The translations under genes and the position numbers were made by a program. Under the pieces are notes generated by a model that saw nothing but the letters and a program-made list of their open reading frames with translations, searched no databases and was not told the DNA's origin. 64,000 bases of DNA from Raillietiella orientalis (lineage: Eukaryota): NCBI GenBank assembly GCA_036172245.1, contig JAYWIR010000032.1:1736001-1800000 (forward strand), in the 5' to 3' direction. Positions 50,602 through 61,700 of the stretch are shown here, piece by piece; position 1 is the stretch's first letter, and each line of letters opens with the position of its first letter.

Positions 50602-51049
50602 TGCTTTGATGCTTGAATGCTGTCGAGGATACTTATTCTTGCAATGAAGTTGAATGCAGTCTGTCTTTGAACTGACCAGGACTAAAGGGTTTCTTCGGGT
50701 GGTTACGATGCTCAGCTTGCGTATTCTTAGCCATATTAGAGTCGTAAACCGGAGGGACGACTGAGTGCTCCATTGCTTTCAAGAATGCAGTCCCTTCTCA
50801 GTGGATCATTCTTCAAGACGGAGCCAAGGAAAAAGTTGATGCTTAGCGAAGCTTTTCGTGGCGGGCTGAAGGATTTCCGAGTAGCACCTTTTCGGAAGCC
50901 TCTTAAGCATCATGAGACTTCAGCCCAGAACCTGGATCCGGGTTTTCGGGATGCAGAAGTAGCGGACAGACGCTGCTTCCTTTTGGAAGGGAGCAAGCTA
51001 TCTGGAGATCTTAGACCAGATCAGAGAGCTGCTGCACAATTGCTTTGCT

Positions 51050-51400
51050 ATTCTCTCTCGGACATTCCGTTTCCTGAACCATTCCGTTGGTTGGTATCAC
51101 GCCACCAGCGTTCCCTTGTGACTGAGCTGGGAGTTTGATGCCATAACCATGAAATGAATGGCTCCTGAGACTTCTGGGCCCATCTCTTGAGCCCATTCGT
51201 ATCTCTGAATGTTACCAAAGAGATTCTCCATTCGCCATCCAACCTAAACATCAGATCTCCCTCCAACGCTCGAGATTGCAGCGCCCCTGTCGCCAGTAAG
51301 GACTGGTGATCCGAAACTGTACACCCGGACGACCTGTGTTCATTCTGGGAGAACGTGCACCAGGGCAACCCACTGGCTCCAAGATAATTCCTCCCTTGAT
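51050..51400 (-). mobile_element. APE endonuclease C-terminal remnant
   Basis: TVSDHQSLL (SDH motif) followed by MFRLDGEW. Confidence 0.5.
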
Positions 51401-52652
51401 AATATCATATGAGGCATTTTCACTTCTCCACGTGAGAGAGGTGAACAATCTTGGCACTTCCTCGTTTTCACGTACACGAACCTCCTCAGCGGATGGATTG
51501 GCAGCAGATCAAGGGAAGAAGCCAACGGGTGTCCAGAATCCCCTGCGCCCATCAAGCGGGTTGCACGGGGATGTCGGCTGGATTCGTCGATCAGAAAGAA
51601 GCCAGCAGAGTGGTGGGTTTTCGTTGTGCCCGAGCTGTCGTGTCGAAGAGTTCGTGGCGAGCTTGCCTTGCTTCTCGCACTCGGGCCGTGACGACTAATG
51701 GACCAGAGAGTGTGAATTTCCTGGAGTTCACGTTCTCACGCGATTTTTCAGTAAAAAAACCTCGAAGATAGCTTTAACATAGCAGATAGCTTTCACTTTC
51801 GTTCGTCTAAGTATAGCAGGTGCCGGAGGGAATGGTCATGATGCGTGTGGTCAGCAGAGCTTCCTTGGCCTGAAGACTGTCGAAGGGGGTGAAGAGGGGG
51901 TGCAGCATTGAGTTTCATTTGACTGGTTGCAAGGTGGTGGAGCCAGTGGAGCTTTACACGGCGCAACTTTCGAGCTCTTGCACCTTCGGAAACTGCGGTC
52001 GGTTTCCCATGGGGCTAGGACTATCCTCTCGGCTGGCGACGGTTGCGTGCTCATCGTGAAGCGACAGACGGGCTCTCACGGAGGCGTCCGCCCACGAACG
52101 GGGCGACGACCCTGCTCGCGTCTGGCTGATGCAGATGCCGTAAAGCTCTCCTTCCTCTTCCTCCCCCTTTTTTCTCATGTCCTTTCGCCGTGCACTTCTG
52201 AACTTTACCAGACCTCTTCATGACCTTTCCATTGCCGGATTTGAGACCCGTCTCGCACGCTTCTGTATCTTCTGATGACGTGCACAGACGCGACAACACA
52301 CCTGGCAACATTCGGCGCGCTCATGCCGTCCAAAAAACTTCCTGCAAAGGAGAGGTTTCCGAAACGCTCTTCATGTCGTCAGGTCTTCTGGACAGTCTGC
52401 TCTGAGTCCGGTTCAAAGCGTTTCCACGAAGCCGTTTATTGTCACTAAAACATGCAGGATTAGTTGGACCTCAGGCCCAATCAAGCCACAAGCACTAGGG
52501 AGCGATTGCTGTGCGACCAGCCTGTTGACCAGTGAGGTCTGCTTTGGGATGGTGAAGAGGAGGAAAAATTTCAACTTGACAAATGACAACCTTCCTGATC
52601 TAGCTAAGAAAGCGGCAGTGAGCCCCCGTGTCTGAGCAACCACCATATCCGC

Positions 52653-54424
52653 GCCACCCTGAAGGGTCCTCATCGTCACTTCCTTCCTTTTTCCTCCAAT
52701 CTCCCTCTTCCCTTCCTCTTCCTACCACTTTCATCCTCTTCCTCTTTTGTCTTCCTCCTTTCCTCTACCTCCCATCCTTCTCTTCGTCATCCTCCTGATC
52801 CCTTTCTCCTTCAACCTTCTTCCTCTCCCATTCCTCTTTTACCCTTTCTCTTCTTCCCTTTTTCATCATCCCCCTTCTCCTTCTTCAACTTTCCTCCTTT
52901 TCTTCCCTTCCTCCTTCTCGCCTCCTCCCTTCCTCCTCTTTGCAGCCCTCTTGCTATCTTCCTCCAACCTTCCTCCATCTCCTCCCTCCCTCTCCCTCCC
53001 TTTTTTCTCCTCCCTCCTTCCTCTTCCAGCCTTCCTCCCCCTCCATTCCTTCTCTGTTTCTCCCTCTCCTCTTCCTCTCTCTCATCCTCGGTTCCATTTC
53101 GCATTCCCCTAAGACGAACTTCTTCTCCCGAGAGGTGACAGTGCCCGTCAATGAGCCTCCCAGCAGCCTTGCGGCGGCGCTGCAAGGGGAACAGGTCGAT
53201 CCTCCACCGCTTCCGTCCCTTCCTTCACGCCCTTCTCCTTTGCCGGCTCTTTTGGGTCTGTGTTCCCTCCCAGCATCTTTTTCAGATTTTCTTTTTTATT
53301 TGGTACGCTAAGTACCTGAAGAGCCAGTCGCGTGCCTCGTGGCGCACGTGGCTCTTTAACACGTTTCCACGCCACCCGCGGAGGGTGCATGTTATTCTTC
53401 AAGATAGGGAAGGCATGAGGAGGAAGGAGGTCCGCCCTATGAATCCAGAAAGGCTCGGAGTGCACTCCTCTCACGTTTGGCGAGGGGGGACCGCACCTCC
53501 CACCCTGGTTGTCTCCGAAGGGAAACCCAGAAGGAAATCTCCTCCTTCATTCTCTCCGGAGGGAGCATCCCGGAAGGGGGATGGTCTTCTCCATGTCATC
53601 TACTCCGGAGGAAAACCCTCAAGGGAACCGATTCTGTTCACTCCTCTGAAGAGAACCCCGAAGAGACGCTTCCGAAATTCAGAAGGGGCGCTGCAGCTTC
53701 CCGCAGAGGGATCCCTTGCATAATTCTGGAGTTCTGGCCTTCTTCATGGGCCTCTCGGCTTAAACCACCGCCGGTCCTTCGCCCGAATGTCTTGGCCAAT
53801 CAGCGCCATTGCAGGAGCACCTCGGAACCCAACGACTCAGTGGCGTCAGTTTCTGCCGCAGTATTCTGCCGCGGAAGCCTTAACCACGAAGCCTCCTTTG
53901 CGGACCGTCCATCACGTGGCGATTCGTTGCCGGCTCTGGGGTCGGCAGTGGCGCGCGGAGGCTGCCGCTTCACGTCCAAGCAAGAAACCGAAAGGGTCAC
54001 GCGTTCTGTGGGAGCAGACAGCACCCGCCACTGTTGTCTCCCGTTCATTTCGGAGCACCAGATCTGGCAGCAGTCCGGGACCTCTTCTTGAAGGGACGCA
54101 TCTCCCGACCAGCATCTCCCACACGAGGGGTCGGTGGCATTTCTGGTGGACACCGCTCACATACTGGAGTCCAAATGAGGTGCGCCGCATGAAGAAGTGC
54201 ATGACCGGAGAATCTGGAATATTTCCCTCTGAACAAGGAACGATGTCTTCCCTCCCTCCACACGGGTCGTGGACTTTTCTTGTCTCAGGTGCTCTTTAGG
54301 GAGCTCAGCAGTATTCTTTCTCGAGGTTGATCGGGGTCAGACTGGAGCCGATTTTCTTCGTCGCGAGCCGGCTCGAAACAGAATTCCCATTCGCAGCTCT
54401 GGGTCCACAGACAGGGTTATCCTC
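52653..54424 (-). repeat. Right arm of the 1772-bp inverted duplication
   Basis: Reverse complement of 41246-43017. Confidence 0.95.
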
Positions 54425-55767
54425 GAAACGACAATGGGTGCCTTGGGAAGGGATCTCTTGAAGCTAGGCTGTGCTGATTCCGGCTGTCTTTTTCTTCTGA
54501 AGGTCTCCGACGAGTTCATCTCATCGCTTCGGATGCAGAGATGCATTCTCATGCCCGTACTTTGCGCAGGAGCAACATGATGGTCAAAGATGACGACGGA
54601 GACGTGATCGTTTCTGGTTGAAAACTTTAGTCAGGAAGACCGTTGCACCCGGAAAGGCGAAGGAGATGAGGAGTGCGTCCCTCAGAGGGCGTTCGCCGCA
54701 CGCCTTCCGCTAGGCGTGCGGTTCGCAACCGGATCCCAGGCTGCAGGTTCACTCGCCAGGCTGGGGTCCGGGAAAAACCTCCAGCGTCTCCGGATGGCAT
54801 CGTTTTCCTCTTCCACCTCACCAGCGCGCCACTCCTCCGATAAATCCTTCATCCGAGGGCAGAAATCTCGTGCGGTCCATTTCCTCCGGACGATCTCATG
54901 GAAGCTCGCACGCGAGGCACGCCGTATGAAACACGCATGATTACGTGAAGCTCATAGATGCCGTCGCGCAATCATCATCATCTTTCCGATAATGCGGCGT
55001 TCGGCCATTCCCTCCTTCGAAAACGCTCAGACTGTGACTTCCAGGGAAAACGGACCAATGATAAACGCGATCTCTAGGAAGATAAATAAAAGAAACAACG
55101 CTGGAGGAGAAAGAGGGTGAGAAAGGAAAAAAAGGGATAGAAACAACGTCTTGATGAAGTGGGGAAGACCTAGAAATAGCTCAGTAAGTAATTGGTCCCG
55201 CTGGAGCGGAGCCAAATTATAGGCCGGGAACAGAGTGCGATTGATTCCGGCCTGGAGAACAGCGAAATGTCCCGGCGAAAGAGAGGAGACGTTCCACCTC
55301 GGTCGTTCCAGCGGGAACGAATCCCAGGCGTGGTGCCATGAGGAATTCTCCAAGATATCCCATCTCCTTCCAGCAGGGAGCAAGCCGAAATCCAGGAAGC
55401 GCCCTTCGTTCGTCTGCCGGTAGCAGACTACTCCCCTTCCTTCGCCCGGAATGCAGTACTTTCCTGGAGGCGACTCGTAAGCTCTGTACAGCCCTCTCGT
55501 GCGCTTACTGCAGTCGGGAATGCCAATGGGGATCGGAGGTTGGCTGATTTCCGCCTGTGGTGGACCACATCCGGTCAGGACGGCGCAGAGGAAATCCGAC
55601 TGGTCGCCTTCGCGCAAGACGGTCTCAAAGCTCGACCGCATGTTCGGACGAGAGGCCAATCGATCTTCGCGAGTCGGCCAGCCTCCGCTGCTGAACGTGC
55701 GCAGTAGATCTGTCTTTGGCCAGCAGCGACCACCCTGGACTGGTCAAGCACGCGGTTGAGACTGCGA

Positions 55768-56193
55768 CAAAATTCCTTCCCTGCAACTCCGAAGCCTTTC
55801 GCGTGGTGCGGCATCCTGCCAGTGAGGTGACCGATGGTCAGCTTTGTGAAGATGGGGGATCATCGCCGCCATCAGCTGAACCGTTAGTCTTTTCCACCGC
55901 CTCCTCCATCATGATCATCATCTTAACGTCTGGCAGGGTCGCCTCGAAGAAAGAGGAAACAGCGGAGTCTCGTTCTTCAAGTCGAACCATCAGAGAGCAC
56001 TTGGAGGAGAAATGGCCTCGACCTATCCTCAACCTTCGAATGGGTCGGGCGTTCTCGGTCGCCGAAGTGTCGAACTGCCTTATTCACCATGCCTCTCCCA
56101 GTGGGCCACGAGGATCGGCAACACCAAATGCTGGGTCACGAAACCCGTCACGTCCCGAGAGAAGGGGTGGGTTGTTATGGAAAGCAGGAAGGT
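55768..56193 (+). repeat. ~425-bp repeat, direct copy of 61436-61853
   Basis: Colinear match; ORFs 55716 and 61502 share near-identical translations. Confidence 0.9.
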
Positions 56194-57925
56194 GGTCGCC
56201 ATGGAAGTCGGAATCGTCTAAGGAATGGACTGTGGAAGCAAGCGACCTTGGAGCAAGCGACTGATCCCCGAGGACTGAGCCATCTGTGCCTTCTGGCGTT
56301 CCCTCCACCGAGAACGGCAAGTCTTGAGGTTCCGGCGAGCAGGTAGGTCGCTAAGAGGAAGAGTTCGAACGCGAGCTCTCTTGGAGTCACCGCGGTCGGT
56401 GCAGATCTTGGTGGTGGCAGCAAAATGCTTCAGAGACAATTTGGAGTCCTGATGTGGAGCAGGATTTCACGAGAAGAGTTCTGAATGTAATGTCCCGGAA
56501 GTGATAAGAGGACAGGAAGGATTCCGGCGAAGGAAAGGTCACACATCTTGGACCTGATCCTAACTGAGCGTTTGGGAAGGACTCCCGATTTTCTGACGGA
56601 AACTGTCCGAAGCGATTGATTCGTCGCTTCGGGAAATTTCTTGCCTTCTTCCTTCGAAAACAGCTTGGCAACAGAGGTGTCCTCGAACCAACCAGGACTC
56701 CAGGGTTTCTTCAGCTGATTATGATGTTCAGCGGGCATGTTCTTCGCATGCGGTGGTTCCCACCGTCGGCTGGAGAGAAAGAAGCACAAATACGACCAAG
56801 TGCTTTTCGAAGAGCGTTTCCACGGCAGCATACGATCTGCATCGCACGACTGCGAAGACCCTCTTTCAATTCGTACGAATCGCTTTCTGCCTTGGAGTTC
56901 CACCTGAAAGTTCTTCATCCGCTGGCATCCGATCTGGATGTCGGAATGACCCCTGCAATTCAAGGTTGCACCGCATCAAAGCTTCTTCTCTCTCCCCCCT
57001 ATACCCCGGAAGAGCCTCTTTTGGGTGCTGTTGGACCCGGCCACAGTGGCATGACGTGCTGGAAGTCCTTGTGAGTTGCCGAAAGACCTTTGGATTGACG
57101 TCTCGCTTGTCTTTCATGAGCCTTGAAGGGGCAAACTGTAAGGGAAGTGCTGACGCAACGCTGCGAAGATGGTGTCTTCCCCCGTGCTCGGGCCAGCCGA
57201 AGCACGGGAGGAATTGTGGAAGAGACACACCTCCGGAGGGCTCGACCTAGTATCCTCCACACAAGCAGGAGAGCGGTGCGGGAAGGCTCGGAGATGGAGT
57301 GAGGACAACGGTCTAGGACCAGGAGGTGGCCAGTTCACTGACGGGACTCAAGAAAGGGTCCAACGTCACCTGAGGGCTTGACAGTGAGTGCTGCAGCAAC
57401 TCGAACCCACAGGCCAGCCTCCGACCAGTCGAGGGACCGATGGTGAGATGCTCGCAGTTTGAACCGTGCTTCATTCAGCATTAGTTCTTTCGAATCAGAA
57501 AAGAAGGAATTCAAGAACGATGCAGTCAACCACCTCGCCCCTCTAGGGATAGGAATGGGATGAAGGACTGCTCCTTCTGTTCAAAGCTTCTGCCTCTTCT
57601 CATTTCCTCTACCCTCCTCTCCTTGTTTTCTCCGGCGTTTAAGAGTCTGGGAACGCCTCTTTCGTTTGCAGGCAAACTCGCTTCAAGATGAATTTAAGAT
57701 CTCGGAGTTGGACACTGCTGGAAGACATCAGGAGAGGTCATCACAAAGAAAATATAGGAGAAGGAAGTGTCTTTTGAAATCTTCTCAACAGCATCGCCAT
57801 GGATCGGGAGACATCTCACGAGATTGACCTGGGATTCTGCCACTCCTGGTCTGTCAGTGCTTCGGGAAGACTTCCGGATATACCGGGATCCAAGCCAGGA
57901 AAGGAAAGAGTTGTAGAGAAAATAA

Positions 57926-57931
57926 TTTATT
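57926..57931 (-). promoter_or_regulatory. Candidate polyadenylation signal of the plexin gene
   Basis: AATAAA on the minus strand about 110 nt after the stop codon, followed by a T-rich tract. Confidence 0.5.
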
Positions 57932-58041
57932 GGCTGCCTCTGTCTCTCTGCGGAAGCAGCGACCCCACTTCATGGGAAGGACGATATGAGGTCGTTTGGG
58001 GGCGAGGAAAAGTCTTCTACGGGTCTTACGTCTCCCTCCTG

Positions 58042-58772
58042 TCACATCCCTGGGTGACAGGGTCCGAAGCCCCGGTCGGAGAAGAACGCGCCGAACTCGC
58101 TTGCGTGAGACAGGAAGTACGCGTGGAGCTCCTGGAGTGACGGGAGCCTGTCGGTTGGACGGAGGCACCGGGCCGACGGGAAACAACCGGAGAGTTCGTC
58201 TCTGCCCACGGGAGTCTGGAAACTCCGGTGGCGGTAGAAACTTTTTATTTTTTCCCGGAGGCGCCAGGTTTCTGGAGCGAAGAGCTGTCTGCTGAAGCGA
58301 GCGTCCTTGCTCAGAACAACCGGGTGGAAGGAACAGGAGTCAATGAGCACCTCGGTTACGACGCAGAGGGAGCTCTCGACAGCGTGGTTGGGGGCGGTGT
58401 TCAGACACAGGTGAGGGGCTTTGAGGGCGGCGACCCAGAAGCGCAGGAACAGGCTGTTGGACTTCCAGGCGTGCAGCACTTCTTCCCTGGACTCTGGAGA
58501 CAAGCAGGCGCAGGCCTTGTCGAACATCTGGAAGAGCCAGCGCAGGGCTCGGCTGTACTCTTGAGGGTCAAGGATGCATTCGAAGAAGTCGTTGAAAGCC
58601 TTTAGGACTGCCGCCTTGGTGAACAGCATCTTGGTGAGGTACACTTCGGGCACCGCGGAACGGAAACTACCGCAGGAGAATGGTCTCTCCTGGTCGAAAG
58701 GACTGGAGAGGTGATACAGCCTCCGACCTCCACTGCTTTCCGAGAATTCCACTTCAGGTGCCTTCGTGGGAC
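58042..58772 (-). CDS. PLXN: Plexin terminal exon (GAP C2 segment)
   Basis: Acceptor gaccag; LYHL, EVYLTKMLFTK, WKSNSLFLRFW, TGA stop. Confidence 0.9.
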
Positions 58773-61700
58773 CTGGTCAGAAAGGCAGCCCAGCGAGATC
58801 TCTAGCGCTCGGAGGAATGAGGGGGGGAAGGACACTTGCTGTTTCTGGATTCCGGAGGAGACCAGACCAGGAAGACGCAAGTATCCTGCCGGATGCCGCA
58901 GTGTTCCAATGTGTTGATCCTAGTCCACCCATGGGCACTCCTGGAGCTGTCGTCAACGTCTTTGAGGACGATGCGCTGTCCATCGGGCGCTATCCAGACT
59001 GTAAGAAAAACCGGGCAGCGTCGACCACCAGCCATGAGGGAGCTGGGGTAGGTGCCGCACCCACCGAGCTGGAAGCCGCGAAACTCCCGGTTCCTGGATG
59101 CCGTAGCGCCCTCGGACAGCGCATCCAGGATCTTCATCTTCACCTGACTGATGGAATCGCACGTCAGCACTTCGCAGGCGAACTCTTCTGAGAGAAGGTG
59201 CTCCTGGAAAGAGGAGAGAGCCATTTTCTGGCCGAGGTGAAGGAGCCCTCCTCAGATAGGCACCCGTCTTCTTCTACCGTACCTGCTTCTGCCTGCCCGT
59301 GCTGTCGTTGGGGTGGGGCTTCAGTATCCTGCAGGTGAGTTTCTGAAGGAGAGATCGAAGATCAGTGAGGCTGACCAGCGTCAGGCAGGGCGCAGAGTTT
59401 CTCCACATTCATCATGAAGGGTTTTCTTTTCCGGTAGGAAGGATAAGGACTTCGTGGGGGGGGAGAGGAGAGGAGATGGTTACACAGATGCGCTCGTATT
59501 GTCCTCTGTCTTTTTCTTCTGCTTACAATTGGAGCGCGTTGTGACGGTCGCTCGCCTCCTATGGGCAGTTGCGCACGGTCCGCGGTGGTGTGGGTAAGTT
59601 ACGAACCCACTTTCGAGGAGTCCGTGCTGGCACTGATGGAGTTCGTGGTGGTGGCGTCACTGTTGATGGTGTTAATGGCAATGATGTTCATGTCGATAAC
59701 GCTGGTGGAGGTGGTGGCACTGTTCATGGTGATCTTGATGATTATGGCGATGTTCCTGGGCCGTGCTGATGATTGTGGTGGTTATGATGTTAGTAGCGAT
59801 GACCTGTAGACCGGAAAGGGGGGTCGCGATTGCCAGCTCGCCTGGTATGTTCCCACTCGCGCACCCAGGTAATGCTGCCCAACGGCACAGCGGTGGACGA
59901 AAGTCTTCTCTTTCCCTTTCTCCGAAGACAAAATGCCAACTCGCGGAAATGATCCACCGACGACTTCGTGCGCGCGCTCCACCTTGTCCAAGCACCCGAT
60001 CCGCCCGCATCTGAATCCCTCCTTCAGCTTTTTTGGCACGGAGGTTTCGTCGCCACGCCGGGATCCGCGGTAGTGGAACACACCGGATGTTCGGGTGGGT
60101 GTGCCGAGCGCAGGATCGTCGCTTCCGGGTTCCCTGCGCACGCCCTTAGAGTTTGCTCCTTGGAGGGTGGTTGAACGCTGCGAGGAGCGATCAGGTGATC
60201 AGGCCACCGGCCTCCACCCCTTCCTCGAGACAAGGCGAGGAGATCCCCTGGAGGAGTCATCTCCAAGGTCACGTTCACCAGGAGCCACCTGGCGCCCAAT
60301 CTCGTGCTGTTCCCTCACGTTTTCATCCTTGGCCACTTGTGTGAGGAACGTGGGAAGGAATCAAGGAAAACTTCCGCTCCTTCCAGCGAGCGCAAGAATG
60401 CGGAGGAGAAGGGAGAGAGGGAAGGGATGTGAAGGCTCGGATCTCCTTTCCCCCCAAGGCTTTCGGCTCGCGGGAGGAGGCGCGGATCCTTACCAGGGGA
60501 TGCGACTGGACGTTCGTCTTGAGCAACCTTTTCTCCGAGAGGGAGTACCTGGCCTCGTAGGTGACGCAGTCAACGGGGCCCCTGCCCACTTGCTTGTGCA
60601 GCGACCTGCAGAGGACGTACAGGCTGGTGCCAGAGGGACCCTTGAGGCACTCGTAGAGGAGGATGGACACCCAGTTGGCTAGCATCTTTTCGGCAACGCC
60701 TTCGGTCCTCCTCAGCATCACGTGCGGGTGCCTGGTGCAGAGGGACTTCCCGATCAGCTTGGCGAGGACGACCTCCAGGATTTCGGTGAAGTAGTCCATG
60801 TCTTCGGTCAGGCAGATCGTCAGGTGCGATGCCAGGTTCATCCTGAAACGGCGGGTTCAGGTGTCAGCGTCTCCTCCTCTGGTATCCGGTATCGCGCGGA
60901 AAAAGCGCCACCGTGGCCCGGGCGAGGCAGTTGCTTCGGTATGGCGAAGAAGCGCGGTGGCCACTTTTGTGCTCGGCGTATGCCGCTGGATGAGCGCGAG
61001 CGAAGGAAGGGGTGCGATGGCGACCGATTCCTGCTTCAAAAAAGAAAAAAAAGACCACGTCTCCATCCTCCGATGTTAGCTGGATGGTGACTCTGCTTGG
61101 TCATCCCGAAACAAACCAACTCGCTGGACGCGCTTCGTCTCCAAGAATCCGTAGCACGCGGATGGAGTTGCTCGGGACGAGAGGCAACAACAGGCATATA
61201 CGCAGCGCCATTGCTCACTTTCTCTGCAGCTGCAAGCTTTCGTCTGCTTCCAGGACGTTGATCATCATCATCAGGAACTCCTTGGTCCTCAGGAGCTCTT
61301 TGAATCGGCTCAGATGGAAGCCCTCTGTCGCGCTCGCAGTAGCATGGTGACCTTGCTGGAAGAGAGGAGAGGGAGGAGGAGCATCAGGAACTGTTTAGAA
61401 CATCGACTAGACTGAAGCAAAAACTGAATCTGAGGCAAAATTCCCCCCTTGCAACTCCGAAATCTTTCGCGTGGTGCGGCATCCCTCCAGCGAGGTCACC
61501 GATGGCTAACTTTGGAGGATCATCGCCGCCATCAGCTGAACCGTTAGTCTTTGCAACCGCCTCCGCCATCATGATCATCATCTTAGGGACTGGCAGGGTC
61601 ACCTCGAAGAAAGAGGAAACAGCGGAGTCTCCTTCTTCAAGTCGAACCATCAGAGAGCACTTGGAGGAGAAATGGCCTCGACCTATCTTCAACCTTCGAA

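Noticed and set aside
41246..54424. Long inverted arms as TIRs of a giant DNA transposon (Polinton or foldback type)
   Set aside because: No TSD, the ends fall inside RT remnants, the arms are TE patchwork, and the spacer has no intact integrase, polymerase or transposase.
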